64,000 nucleotides of DNA, from positions 12,283,694-12,347,693 of the forward strand of contig MU054323.1 of the NCBI GenBank assembly GCA_013239625.1, in the 5' to 3' direction. The stretch is from Lama guanicoe (Eukaryota). This document shows positions 39,314 to 52,172 of this stretch, in pieces (position 1 is the stretch's first letter; the number at the start of each line of letters is the position of its first letter). The position numbers and the translations under genes are program-made. The notes under the pieces were generated by a model that was given only the letters and a program-made list of their open reading frames with translations, was not told the origin of the DNA and ran no database searches.

Positions 39314-40740
39314 AACCCATGTATATCCATTTTTTAAATGTCAACAGAGTTAACTGAGCAAGGGGATTATGGGTCATTTCATATTTTCTCCTTTAAATTA
39401 CTCATCATTTTTTAAAAAGCTCTAATGAATATTTTAAAATCTGTTTAAAATACACAGAAAATTACAAATAATAACTTAGCTACTTAGTTTTTTTAAACCT
39501 GCAGTAATTATTTATAATAGTTAAAATGAGGGAAAAGTTTAAAAATTAGATGGTCAATTAACTGAAGTATTACATAGACATATACTAGAAAGTCCGATGT
39601 ATGACCAATGAAAAGAAGTTTAAAAATGACATAAAAATACATTCATAACATGAAAAGCAGTTAATAAAAAAATTTGATCTAATTTTTGGAAAAATATTTA
39701 ACAAAAGTATTAAAAATAGAAAGACTGATATTAATTTATTCAACAATTAATTACTGAGATCCTTTTGTGTACCAGGTACTGAGCTGGGTACAGAAGATAC
39801 AGAGTAGACTAGCTGTCCTTGAGCAGGGAATCAGGAAAGCACCAGAGAAAGGAAACACAGGTGGTACTGTGGTAGGCTGCCCGCAACTATAATCACCAAA
39901 TCCCTCCCACCTCTGAATACTCATGCCACTCACTCCTCTCATTAGGTGTACAATTTCTCCCTCCCCCTGAACCAGACTTCTGACTTGCTTTGACCAGTAG
40001 AATGTAGCATAAGTGATACTGTGCCAGTTTCTAGCCTAGATATTAAGAGGCCTGGAAGATTCTACTTGCTTTCTTGCTACTCTGAACTGCCATGTACTGC
40101 ATGACAGCCCGACAGGAAAGGAAAATCATGTGCAGAGAAAGGCCCTGAAGGAAGAGTGACAACAGTGGAGATAGCACCAACATGAGAACTAAGGTGCTTC
40201 AGTAGACAACCTGCATCACAGTCCCAGACAGGAAGTAAGAGCATTTTAGAGCCCTCAGCCTAAGTCAATCTGTCTCAACTGGCAACAGATGAAAGAGAGA
40301 TGAGTGGTTGCCACTAAACCCTGAACAAAATTCTAGACCAAAAATTATAAGCAGAAAAAAAGGCACCATAAGGTGATACAACAATAGATAACTGAGACAG
40401 AAAAAAAAATGGTACTACTACAGCAGAAACATAAAATATAATACGGACTTTGGTGACACAGAGACAAAGGGAAGCTGAAAGGGCAACAAGCAGACTAGAA
40501 ATGGACGAGCAGTAAGGAAACTGCTATAGGAGGTGAAAAGGGTGACCCATATTACTTACTGGCAGAACAATTAGCATAACTGTCACATGAAGTAACTTAG
40601 AAGATGGAAAACATACCTAGTGAACCCAAAGATCTAGCTAAGAAGATTTCCAGGCAAAATATTCAAAATGTCAGTGGCTTTCTTACAGTCAAGTAAGAGA
40701 AGATACAAGAAGAAAACCATGAGCTAAAGAATTATAAGCA

Positions 40741-40833
40741 TATGTATGTGTATGCATGACTGGGACACTGTGCTGTACACCAGAAATTGACACATTGTAA
40801 GCGATTGTATTTCAATACATTTTTTGTTTACTT
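40741..40833 (+). mobile_element. Very short young L1 3' end
   Basis: Perfect 16-bp TSD taaagaattataagca (40725-40740, 40834-40849). Confidence 0.8.
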
Positions 40834-40867
40834 TAAAGAATTATAAGCAGAATTTAAAAGAAGTATT

Positions 40868-41094
40868 CCTTTAAAAAAATTTTTTTTTATTGACGTACAG
40901 TCAATTACAATGTGTCTGTCTCTGGTGTACAGCACAATATCCCAGTCATGCAGATACATATGTATATTCATTTTCGTTTTTTTTTCCATTAAAGGTTATT
41001 ACAAGATATTGAACATAGTTCCCTGTGCTGTACAAAGGAAACTTTTTTTTAATCTGTTCTTATATACAGTGGCTAACATTTGTAAATCTCAGAC
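40868..41094 (-). mobile_element. Young L1 3' end, same orientation as MEMO1
   Basis: Poly-T followed by reverse-complemented L1 3'UTR; direct repeat taaaagaagtatt on both sides. Confidence 0.8.
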
Positions 41095-41254
41095 TAAAAG
41101 AAGTATTTCTAACCAGGAGTTGCTTGGTTGGAAAACAATTGTTTCTCACTGCTAGCTTCTACAGATAGTCAAAGAAACAGCATAAGGAGAAAGTTCAAAT
41201 CCAGGGTGCTACCAAGAACATGGGCTCACAATTATCAAAACAAAACTACATCTG

Positions 41255-41930
41255 CATCTATGACAAAGGAGGCAAGAATATACAATGGAGAAAAGATAGT
41301 CTCTTCAATAAGTAGTGTTAGGAAAACTAGACAACTACCTGTAAAAGACTGAAATTAGAACATTCTCTAACACCATGTACAAAAATAAACTCAAAATGGA
41401 TTAATGACTTAAATGTAAGACCTGACACTATAAAACTCCTAGAGGGAAACATAGGCAGAACACTTGGACATAAATCACAGCAATATGTATTTTTGAACCA
41501 GCTCCTGTAGTAGTGGAAATAAAAGCAAAAATAAACAAATGGGATCAATTAAACTTAAAAGCTTTTTCACAGCTAAGGATACCATCAACAAAACAAAAAG
41601 ACAACCTACAGAATGGGAGGAAATATTTGCAAATGTTGTGACCAACAAGGGACTAATTACCAAAATATACAAACAGTTCATATATCTTAATATCAAAAAA
41701 AATAAGCAACCCAATCAAAAAATGGGCAGAAGACCTAAATAGGCATCTCTCCAAAGAAGACATACAGATGCCAACAGGCACATGAAAAGATGCTCAAAAT
41801 CGCTAATTGTTAGAGAAATGCAAATCAAAACTACAATGAGGTCATCTCACACCTTTCAGAATGACTATCATCAAAAAGAACACAAACAGGGGGAGGTACA
41901 TATACATACACAGACACACACAGACAGACA

Positions 41931-41963
<33 letters not shown>

Positions 41964-42370
41964 ACAATGGAATACTACTCAGCCATTAAAAAGAACAAAA
42001 TTTTGCCATTTGAAGCAACATAGATGGACTTGGAGGGCGTTATATGCTAAGTGAAATAAGTCAGACAGAGAAAGACAAATACTGTATGATATCACTTATA
42101 TGTGGCATCTAAAAACTACAACAAACTAGTAAATAAAACAAAACAGAAGCAGACTCACAGATCGAACAAACTAGTGGTTATCAGCGGGGAGGGGGAGGAG
42201 GAGTAATACAGAACTGGTAGGTACAAATTACTGGGTGTAAGATAGGCTCAAGGATAAACTGCATAACATGGGGAATATAGCCAATATTTTGCAATCAACT
42301 GTAAATAGAAAGTAACCTTTAAAATTGTATAAAAAATAAAAATTTTAAACTTTAAATGTTAAAATAAAAT
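41255..42370 (+). mobile_element. 5'-truncated L1 with an internal deletion and a (CA)n tract at about 41908-41961
   Basis: ORF2 C-terminal peptides (ORFs 41539.., 41782..); TSD core acatctg. Confidence 0.85.
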
Positions 42371-42781
42371 AATACCACATCTGTAAAACCCTTCACTAAG
42401 ACCTCAGGAAGACTTAAGACAGTACTTGTATACTCTTTCAGGCAGGTATAAGGACTTCTAAGACTTAACAGGCCCCTAACTTGGGATCTAGAGTAAAGAG
42501 AATCCTGTCTCAGAAAGAAGAATGGATGTGAAACTCTTGTCTAATGGACTGCACTTACAATCTGATATATAGAAAACTCAAGTGTTTACGAGTTTTATCA
42601 GTTTGGATTTAAAACACTGTTCCAAATGAAAAGAGGCCTTTAGGCTCTTGAAACTGTCACATACATGAAACAGACTAAAGCTACTCAGATGCAAACAAGG
42701 CCCTTTTCTTACAGAAAAGTAAAAATGACTAGGAAAGTAGAGCCAAGAGCCCAAAGGACCCAGCCAAGAACTAAGAAAATA

Positions 42782-43268
42782 CAGATCTTCCTTGACTTAC
42801 AATGCGGTTAAGTATCAATAAACCCATCATATGTTGAAAATATATTTAATACACCTAACCTACTATAAACATCATAGTTTAGCCTACCCTACCTTAAATG
42901 TGCTAGGAACATTTACATTAGTCTACAGTGGGGTAAAATCATCTAACTCCTATTTTACAAAAAAGTGTTGAATCCCTCATGTAATTTACTGAATACTGTG
43001 CTGAAAGTGAAAAACAGAATGGCTGTGTGAGGACAAAGTGGTTATAAGTATATTGGCTGTTCACCTCTGCGATCATGCGGCTGACTGGAAGCTGTGGCTC
43101 ACTGCCGCTGCCCAGAAACATGAAAGATTATCATACTACATATTGCTAATCTGGGAAAAGATCAAAATTAAAAACCGAAGTACAGTTTCTACTGAATGTG
43201 TATCACTGTCACATCATCATAAAGCCAAAAAGTTGTAAGTGGAAACATTACAAATCACGGACCATCTG
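42782..43268. mobile_element. Tigger-family MITE (Tigger5/MER47-like)
   Basis: cagat...atctg termini flanked by TA duplications. Confidence 0.8.
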
Positions 43269-45900
43269 TAATGAATTATGAGGACAGAACCAAACCATAA
43301 TCAATGACATTTTCTGTTTCCTGGTTAGATTTCAGAATTGCTTTGGACCAGAGACTACTATATGCTTCCCATTCTTTCACTCTTCAAGGGAAGTAATTAT
43401 TGTGGTGGACTGTCCCTGTCTCACAATTATATACTGACTGCATTTGGGGGGCACAGGAGGGTGTCTTCTGAGTTCATAGGTATCCAAATCAAAAAGACCT
43501 GCACCCAAGGAGCCTTATCCACATCCCAGCCTAATGCAGATCACAAGATAATGCACTTTGAACCTGAGGTCATAACTGGATGAGACTTCTGGGCACCTTA
43601 GGAGAGCAAGGTGTGACCCCCACATTGGAGAAATGTGAATGGTCCACCAGAGGAAGAATTATGGTAGTCCCTCTGCAAAGATGGCTGCCAACAATTCCTC
43701 CTATTCCTGTACACATATGGTAGTCCTCTCATCAAGAGGTGGAAAGCAAAATGCAGTGGAAATGGTGCTTTGTAATTTCAGGCTTAGGCCTAAATGGGCC
43801 AAGAAACTTATGTTTTTTTCTCTTGCTATCCAGAATTACCATGATGATAGAACAGCCCAGGCTGATTAACAAACAGGCCACCTAGAGAATAAATGAGGTG
43901 TCTCAACTAAAAGCCAGCATTAAGGCCATCTTGGATCCTCAAGGCCCATTTTCGTCATCTCAGTCAATATCTGATGGACCAGAACAAGGTGTTCCCTGCC
44001 CAAACTCCTGATCCAAAAATTGTCAGCAATAAAACAGTTATGATTTTAAGTCACTAAATTTTAAGATAATTTATTACTTAGTAATGGATAACTGATACAG
44101 GTAGTGAGTGCAGCAAAGGTTACAAAGGGAAGTACTGGGTACTTTCTATGAGATACTATTAAGAATCCTATTGTAATCTGAGAGATAGGGAAGGTTTTCT
44201 TGAGAAGTGATACACTTAAAAGTGGTTATTTTACACTATTTAATAAGGGGGAATTATGAACAAACATTTTGTTCGTTGATTTCAAGTCTCTATTTTCCTA
44301 AATAAGTTTTTTCCACATTGCACCTGTTTTACTTGTGAAACAACAAAATTTTTTTTAACATTTTTATTGAGTTATAATCATTTTACAATGTTGTGTCAAA
44401 AGCGTTATTCTTTAAAAAAAACCTCCTTGAGTATATTATTGGTAGCTTATTAGTTCTATTATATTGAAATTTATTAAGCCTAAACTAAATTTTCCTGTGA
44501 CAAAATATACAAACATTTAAGCAAACAACAGAAGTTTTGTATTGTCCTATGTAGTTGAAGAATGAGATGTTCTGATTACACTAATATTCCAAAAATAAAC
44601 AGCTGAAATTGATTTAATAATTTCTAGAGAATTATATTGTATTAAAACACAGTTAACTGAAAATTATACTCCTTTTTTTTTTTAACATCACACTGACTTT
44701 CAGAAACTTCTTCAAATTTATGTAATTCCTCACAGTTACCATTGTGGACAGATGTGGATAATGTAAGACTGAGAGAAGTAAATAATACTTTGATAACAGA
44801 ATTAACAGTAAAAATAACCCCAAAACTGCAATAATGGAATAAAACCAACATGAAAAAATTATACAGAAGTAATTGAAAAGACATACACATTTAGGGTTAA
44901 AGAGAACTCAACCACAGAAGTACAAGAGGAGAAAATAATCCAGCTTAGCAGAATGAAAAAGCCTTGGGGTTTTAGCTGACCACAAGACATTAGACAATAG
45001 TAAGTAAGCCATATTACAATAAAAATTGTTCATGTAATTTCAGGCTTCATTAACACATTTAATTAACAAATATTTACTGAGAACCTAAAATGCACCATGT
45101 ACTTTACTGAAGAACACAGTAACAAGAACCAGGGAACGAGTAATCTCACCATATTTGGGACTAAAACTATATATGGACTATTAAATCTATACAAAGGAAG
45201 TAGTTGAAAAAATCAGAGAAGTATGACCTACAAAGGAAGATTTTCTAATATGAATATTGCCCTAAAAGAAGAAGAAAGTTCTTAAAACAATTCTTTCATT
45301 TTACCAAAGTAAATGACTACTATATGACAGGCACTGTGCTAGATACTGAGGGATAAGTGGAGAACAAAATACTGTCCCTGTCCTCACTCTACTTACAGTC
45401 TAGTAAGCACCCTATCATGTAAAGACTTTCCAGCAGCTATCAAATAATAATCTGTCAAGCATATTATACAAGAGATTCACGTACTTTGATTAAGGCTCAA
45501 ATATATGACCTCCAATGTTACTTTCAAATCTACAATTTTATGATTATTTACTTATAGCACTGTACCGTGAAAGAATGTAATTATTATTCTGAATAAATAC
45601 ATGTGTTATGAATAAGATAACAGGCAAGCCAATACACACAAACACACACACAGATTTTTTTTTAATATTTCCACCTAATAAAACAGCTATGTCAATTTTT
45701 ACATTTAGCCTGCATAGGCAAACTACTCAAAACCAACTCAAATCCACATTCAAAAAAATCCAAATCTCAAATTTCTATTTCATTTCAATGAAAAAATTTA
45801 AAATCTCTTTACCCTAATGATTGTCTTATCCTAGTTAAAAGAATTCCAAAGAAATTAATATCCATGATTTCTCTGGGATTTCTTATATTAATTAATATAC

Positions 45901-46012
45901 CTTTCCATGGCTTTAGCTGTATAAGGCAAATGCATTTCAATACTGTGTTCATCTTCATCTGTCTGCAGAGACATGCGTTCAAACATTCCTGTCTTCCACA
46001 GTTCTCCGTAAA
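45901..46012 (-). CDS. MEMO1: MEMO1 coding exon, 112 nt: [37 protein letters not shown](S)
   Basis: Acceptor tctag, donor AAG|gtatat. Peptide in ORF 45888..46097; contains the EHSIEM motif. Confidence 0.97.
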
Positions 46013-46746
46013 CTAGAGATTTCAAAATATAGTAAAACAAATATATTAATGTATATCCTTCTCCTGTGAGACTCCACCCAGTAACACAAAACCACATGCT
46101 TTGGCAAGAGACAGAAACACCACATAATATTCTCCTTCATTTTTATTTTTAAAAAAGGAGAAAACACTAGCTTCTAACATACCAGACAAAACAATAATAC
46201 ATATAATGACTGACTCTGCATTTTTGTATGTCACAAAGTTACACAAAAAATAATAATTTAAATTTTTCATCAGTTCCTTTCATTGTATCTAAAGTCACCT
46301 CTAGGTCTAAGCTTTTCCTTGATCTTAATCAATCAGTAGATACTAACAAGAACATAGGTGGTTAGAACACCTAATGAAACATGGAAAAACCCTTGGTGTA
46401 CTTACTCATGAGGTTAGTAACACAGTTTTTGAGTTTTCCTTTGTTTTTTAATAAAAAGTATAGGATTATTGTTTTACACCTCAGTTTCGTGTTATACAAA
46501 GAACAAAAAAATCCTACCAAGGATGCTATTTTCCACAAAATTTAAAATTAAGCTTGTGGGATAGATTGAAATATAAATTTACCACAGTACCATGCCATAA
46601 ATGTTCTTAAAATGATTTAGTAATTCAGACCCTCCTGATGAATTATACTTAAAATTAGATTATTATATAGCAAGAAAATGATGAAATTTAATATGTAAAA
46701 AAAAGAATATTTTTGTGTTATCACTGAACAGAATCAGCATTTTTAT

Positions 46747-46837
46747 CTTATTTTTTTTAATGGAGATACTGGGAATTGAACTCAGGACCTCGAGAATGCT
46801 AAGCATGCACTTTATCATTGAGCTATACTGTCTCCCC
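46747..46837 (-). mobile_element. tRNA-derived SINE (Vic-1-like)
   Basis: Reverse-complemented A and B boxes; TSD agaatcagcatttttat on both sides. Confidence 0.88.
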
Positions 46838-47029
46838 AGAATCAGCATTTTTATAACTATATCCTTAAACAGGTTTACCAATATCAAAGAAAGGAACAAA
46901 TAATGGTATGACTTTTTTTCCTATAAAATTAAACTGATTAAAAATCTCCCATTTCTTCACTGGCAGGCTATCCAAAACCAAAATCTTCTAAATGCCCAAA
47001 CAAGGTTTTAAAAATAAAGTGTGTCCCAG

Positions 47030-47425
47030 AGGGGAAGAGGAATTGGATGAAGGTAGTAAAAAGGCAAAACTTTCAGTAGTAAGATAAGTAAGTACTAGGG
47101 ATGTAATGTGTAACGTGATAAATATTGTACATGCTCAGCGGCATACGTTAGATATCAAAGTTGAGAGTAAATCCTAAGAGTTCTCATTACAAGGCAAAAA
47201 AATTTTTTCTATTTTTTAACTTTCTTTAATTTTGTATCTATATGATGGATGTTCACTAAACTTACTGTGATAACTTTATGTGTATGTGAATATGTAAGTC
47301 AAATATATGATATATATTAAGTCAAATCACTATTTGATATATGTCAAATCACTATTCAGTGCACCTTAATCTTATACAGTGCTGTATGTCAATTATATCT
47401 CAATAAAACTAGAAGGAAAAAAATT
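47030..47425 (+). mobile_element. L1MA-like 3'UTR fragment
   Basis: 'agtaaatcctaagagttctcattacaag...aattatatctcaataaaact'. Confidence 0.75.
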
Positions 47426-48507
47426 TTTAATTTAACAAAATTCATAAAAAAAGCAGATTAAAAATTTAAAAAAGCATATCCCCTAAAACCATCCCAGAGC
47501 ATAAGGCTAGTAATATTCCAGCTTCATTCATACGATATATCCTAACAACAAATTGTTAATACTCTATAATGCTTAAAACCCCAAATTATGAAAATTTAGG
47601 CCTAAAAATTAAAGAAAAAGAGAGGGTCATTTCCTTTCAAATGGCTTCTTTCATTCTACAGAACAACTTGCTTCAAAATTTCTTGAAACAATAAATACCC
47701 AACATACTTAAAATATAATTGCATGAAATGAAAGGATATACACCAAGTTCATGAATGTGGTTATTCAGGGGAATATAAATGGAGTTCAGATGAGGGAAAA
47801 TTCTGAGTCAACTGTGGATAATAAATTGGTACATGAGTATTTGTTATAATAGTCTCTGTATTATTCTGTATTTTTAAAATTTATGTTCACCCACTGCTCC
47901 AAGAATACTATTATAAAATCAAAAGGTTTTACTTTACACATTCAGTGTACAAAATGAGCTTCAACTTAATAAAAAAGGGAGTTTCTATAATCCTATTAAA
48001 AAATCAAAACATGTTTTAAAAATAAAATACACTTAAGATCTATGTAGCACTTTTCTTGCAGAGTTTCATAACTAGTCCCTTTTTTTTCCCTATAAAAAAT
48101 CATTTATGAGGAAGTAAAGTCATTATCACTATTATCCATTTACACTGAGAGAGAACTGTTATACACTAACATGCCCAGAATCTCTCATCAAGTTGTTGTG
48201 GGTATCAGTTTCTTGTCTCATGGTACAATGAGTACATGGTACCTCCCTGATTATAAATGCAAAGCATTACAGCCTGGAGACTAGTGAATATGACAGATTT
48301 TTGTAACTGGAAGAAAAAGTGTAGTTGTCTTTTAGGCATATGGAACATTTTCTTTGTTTTTATTTTTTGCAGATTAGTCACAACAAATTTTATTTTTTTA
48401 ATTAAAATATTACTTATAATACTCATATTTTTATTTTAAATTAACTTATAATTCCTATTTTTAAAAACTTTAGCTGTTTATAAGCTGTAAGATCTCTATA
48501 TACTTAC

Positions 48508-48620
48508 TCTTTTGGTCAATACGAAGGTCATACAGAGGTGTCCTATATATATCCACACTGGAAAGTGCACATCGAGAAAGGGGCACATGATGAGAAGGCC
48601 CAAGGATGAAAATTCTCCGG
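48508..48620 (-). CDS. MEMO1: MEMO1 coding exon, 113 nt: [37 protein letters not shown]
   Basis: Acceptor cctag, donor AGA|gtaagt. Peptide visible in ORF 48470..48724; contains the GPSHH motif. Confidence 0.97.
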
Positions 48621-48753
48621 CTAGGAGATATACAACAAAAAACACAGAACAATCGCACTTCTACACAAACCTTATTAAATAAAAAGGTTGAAAATAAGTA
48701 ATTTTTAAAAATTACACGTAACACTGTTTTCCTTGATTGACTTCATTACCTAC

Positions 48754-49143
48754 TATTATGTGCTAAATTGTGTTCCCTTGAAATTCATATGTTGAATTCC
48801 CACCCTCCGCACCTCAAAATGTGGCCTATTTGGAAATAAAGTCTTTAAAGACATGACTAAGTTAAAACGAGGCCCTGAGGGTAAGGCCTGAATCCAGAAT
48901 GACTGGTGCAAGCAGAGGAGGAGACACCAGGGGTGCACGTGCACAGAGAGGTGAGCGTGTGCAAAGGCAGCAAGACGACAGCCATCCACAAGCAGAGGAA
49001 AGAGGCCTCAGAAGAAACCAACCCTGCAAACACCTTCATCTTGGACTTTTCCAGCATCTAGAACCGTGAGAAAATAAATTTCTGTTGTTTTAGTCAGCTA
49101 GTCTGCGGTATTTTGTTATGGTAGCACTTAGCAAGCTAATGTA
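48754..49143 (+). mobile_element. Solo MaLR LTR (MLT1A/B-like)
   Basis: 5-bp TSD cctac on both sides; 'gaggcctcagaagaaaccaaccctgc...gagaaaataaatttctgttgttt'. Confidence 0.85.
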
Positions 49144-49960
49144 CCTACTAATGACTTGCTCTTCAGTTAATTTAGCCTTAACTCTGTCTTTTTGTTAGAA
49201 GGCCTTTAAAAGTACCATGTTCAACACCTGGAAATACCAGTTACTGATTATATACAGTAAACCCACTGACTATGCTTAAAATGACCTCTGTATTCACAAT
49301 GGCAAGGATACAGGTTTCCAATAGCTATATTAACTGAATTTTAAACATTTTGGTTACTAAATAAAATCTCAAAAGTATAACACATTCTAAACTTGCCTAC
49401 AACGTTAATAAAAATACCTAACAGTATAAATTCTAAAAATACATAGTATCATTACAAAGAAACATTCTGATAAAGCTACTTCCAAATTTCTTTCCATGGC
49501 AGGGAAAAAAGGCATCTTGTTGAGAAGAATTCTGTGTAATAAGCTTTCTCTGTTCCCATTCAAGTAGAAGTCATTCTCAAAAACAAAGAAACTTAATTAT
49601 GTGTCATTTGCCCTGTAGGCTAAAGAAAAGAACTGGGCTAAACAGTAGCTTAAATCTTCACAACCCCTTTATCTTGACATCAAAAGTAAAATTAACTTCT
49701 TCTCATTTTATCTTAAACAACTCTACAATCTACATTCCAAAACTATCTAATTTCTCTATTCTTCTAGATTCGTAAGAACAAAACTTTCCCCACCACACAC
49801 ACATACACAGATCCAAAAGAACCAAAAGTATAAGAAAAAAAGGAGTATATGTAGGCTACATACCTAGAAAATTAAGTGCTACTCACTGCTCAATTAATGG
49901 ACAAAGACGCAAAGACTGAGACCCAGAGTTATATTCCTTTCACATCAAAAACTTTCAGGC

Positions 49961-50065
49961 TATGACTGAAACATTATGCTATACACCAGAAACTGACACA
50001 ACATGGTAAACTAACAACACTTCAATTAAAAAAAAAATCTTTGAAATAGGAAAAAAACAAACAAA
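49961..50065 (+). mobile_element. Short L1 3' tail
   Basis: 'tatgactgaaacattatgctatacaccagaaa'; TSD aaaaactt(t/g)caggc. Confidence 0.7.
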
Positions 50066-52172
50066 AAAACTTGCAGGCCAAGGAATGTGTGCTTTATCAA
50101 TATATTTATTTTGATAAAATCCTATTATAGCTAAGAAAATTAGCCTATTATCTGCTATACATTACTTGCTATATGGGGGGTGGGAAGGTGGTGAATAAGA
50201 AAGATGTGAGAAGCAATTCTGTTTAGTCCCAAAATCTCCTCAAGATGTCACACAGAGCACACATGTAAGATCACTCACAGGCCATTTCCAGTCAGAAACA
50301 TAATCTCTTTACCCTCTCCCCTATTAATACTCACTTCTTGTCATCATCTCCATAATCAACTCAACCATTTAAGAAAAAAAAGATCAAATCTATAGATTCC
50401 TAAATGAACAAAAGAGATACCACTATGTTCTCCTATCTTAACAGCACATAAACATCACCACAATTTTTTAAAGTCTAATGTGGGACTTACATAATGGTAA
50501 CTCTGAGTGTTTGGAAGACTTGCCTGAGGCCAGGTGTTATATGAACCAAGAATCGAGTAAGAAAAAAAAGCATCTTTTATGATTGAGGAATGTATTTCTA
50601 TGAAAAGAGATAGGTATAGTATTATTTAAAATCAGAACACTCCTGGGAAACCCAGGATATATAATTAAAATATGCAGTGACTTCAAAAACATCAATCTAG
50701 GCATAGATTTATTTCATAGGTAAGTGTAACAAGGTTCCTCTGACAGTGACTATAAAATGAGCACTACTCCAGAAATAAAGACCTGAGGTCGGCTTCACAA
50801 GCCTAACGCCTCCTCTGATACCCAAATATTTACCTTGCATGTCTTTTCATCAGACCCGCCCTAAACGAAAGGATGAAGACTAGCGGGGAAAAGGGCTTTC
50901 GCCAGTCTGAACTGCCCAAAGGATTCTTTCCAGTTTGGCAGAAACTCACCCAAAAGCAACACAGTGAAGTTCCATATACGGTGAAGAGAGAGAACAGGAA
51001 AAGACATTTAGGTCCCATCAATATAAAACCCTTAAAAGTGATATACTCAAAAACAAACCAAAAAAGGCTAGGTATCACTGAAAAGAAGAAAAAACAAAGT
51101 GTGTAATAAACCAGTAGTAATCTCAGAATGGGTCTCTGTGTTAGCTATACTCTAACCAAAAAAGAAAATTAATCATGTAAATAAAAGATAATGTAGTTTC
51201 TTTTTTATCCCCCCCTAGATTGCTAGATCCATAAAGACCACGGCCACAGAAACATCCTGGAGAGAAATGAGTAGGCACTAGAAGTAAGACCACTTTCTCT
51301 CTCTTTAATTAATTACGAGGTTCTTTCTCTTAAAGGAGTTCCTTTAAATATCAGCAAATAATCAATGTTGCCATATATGTTAAAGAAATCTTTAGTATGA
51401 AAAAACTGGAAAAAAAAGCAGTAGCCATTCTTTTAGAAATAAATGTAGCTCATGTATAATACCTCCAGAGAATTCACGTGGAGCTACTTACTATGAGGGG
51501 TACAGTCTGTGCACCCAGTATGTGAGCTACCTGAGTGTGTGCTCATAAATACTTACTGATACTGAATAATGGAACACAAGTAAGTTTTTTAAAGTGTTTC
51601 ACAGCAAGTGGGGGAGACATTTTAAATAAAGAATAAAATGTCATGTGGCCCCAAAGAAGATTCCTTTTTGTTCTCTTTGTCTGCCCTGCAAAGTTTTCTG
51701 AAAGATATGAGTCAGAAATCAAGTTACTATCTAAGTAACATCCTGAGTTCCGGTTTTTAACTAAAGTTTTAGTAATAGGAAAAGATTCTGCAACTACAAA
51801 TATGGGAGAAAATTAATTAAATGTATCATTTTTTAAATTCCTTAAATAGCCAAAGTACTCTTTCTGAAACATGAATCAGATCATATTACTCTCCTGGCTT
51901 AAAAAGTTTTTCAACGGCTTTTCATGGTCAGAGGACAAATTTCAAAATCCTTATAATGTGTTCTAAAGTCTCAAATGAACTAGCCCCTTCTTGTGATCAC
52001 GATACTTTATGTATACTGGTCTCCTTGCAGCTCCTTGATGACAGGAACATCTTTGCCTACTTCAAAGTTTTTACACGTGCTATGGCTCCTTCTGCTTGGC
52101 TTAAAAACCACATTTTCAGAGATGCTTTCTCCAATACCTTATGCACAATCTAAATCCAATCACTCTATGTCA

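Larger units (their letters stand above)
39868..44099 (+). mobile_element. Two-LTR MaLR (MLT1-type) provirus: LTR about 39868-40400, internal region, LTR about 43660-44099
   Basis: Both LTRs end in ataactga(g/t)aca; TSD ggtac/ggtag; MLT1-internal-like sequence lies between them. Confidence 0.75.

Noticed and set aside
46400..46520. Donor-like TGA|gtaagt at 46406 on the minus strand
   Set aside because: I found no convincing acceptor or pyrimidine tract upstream.
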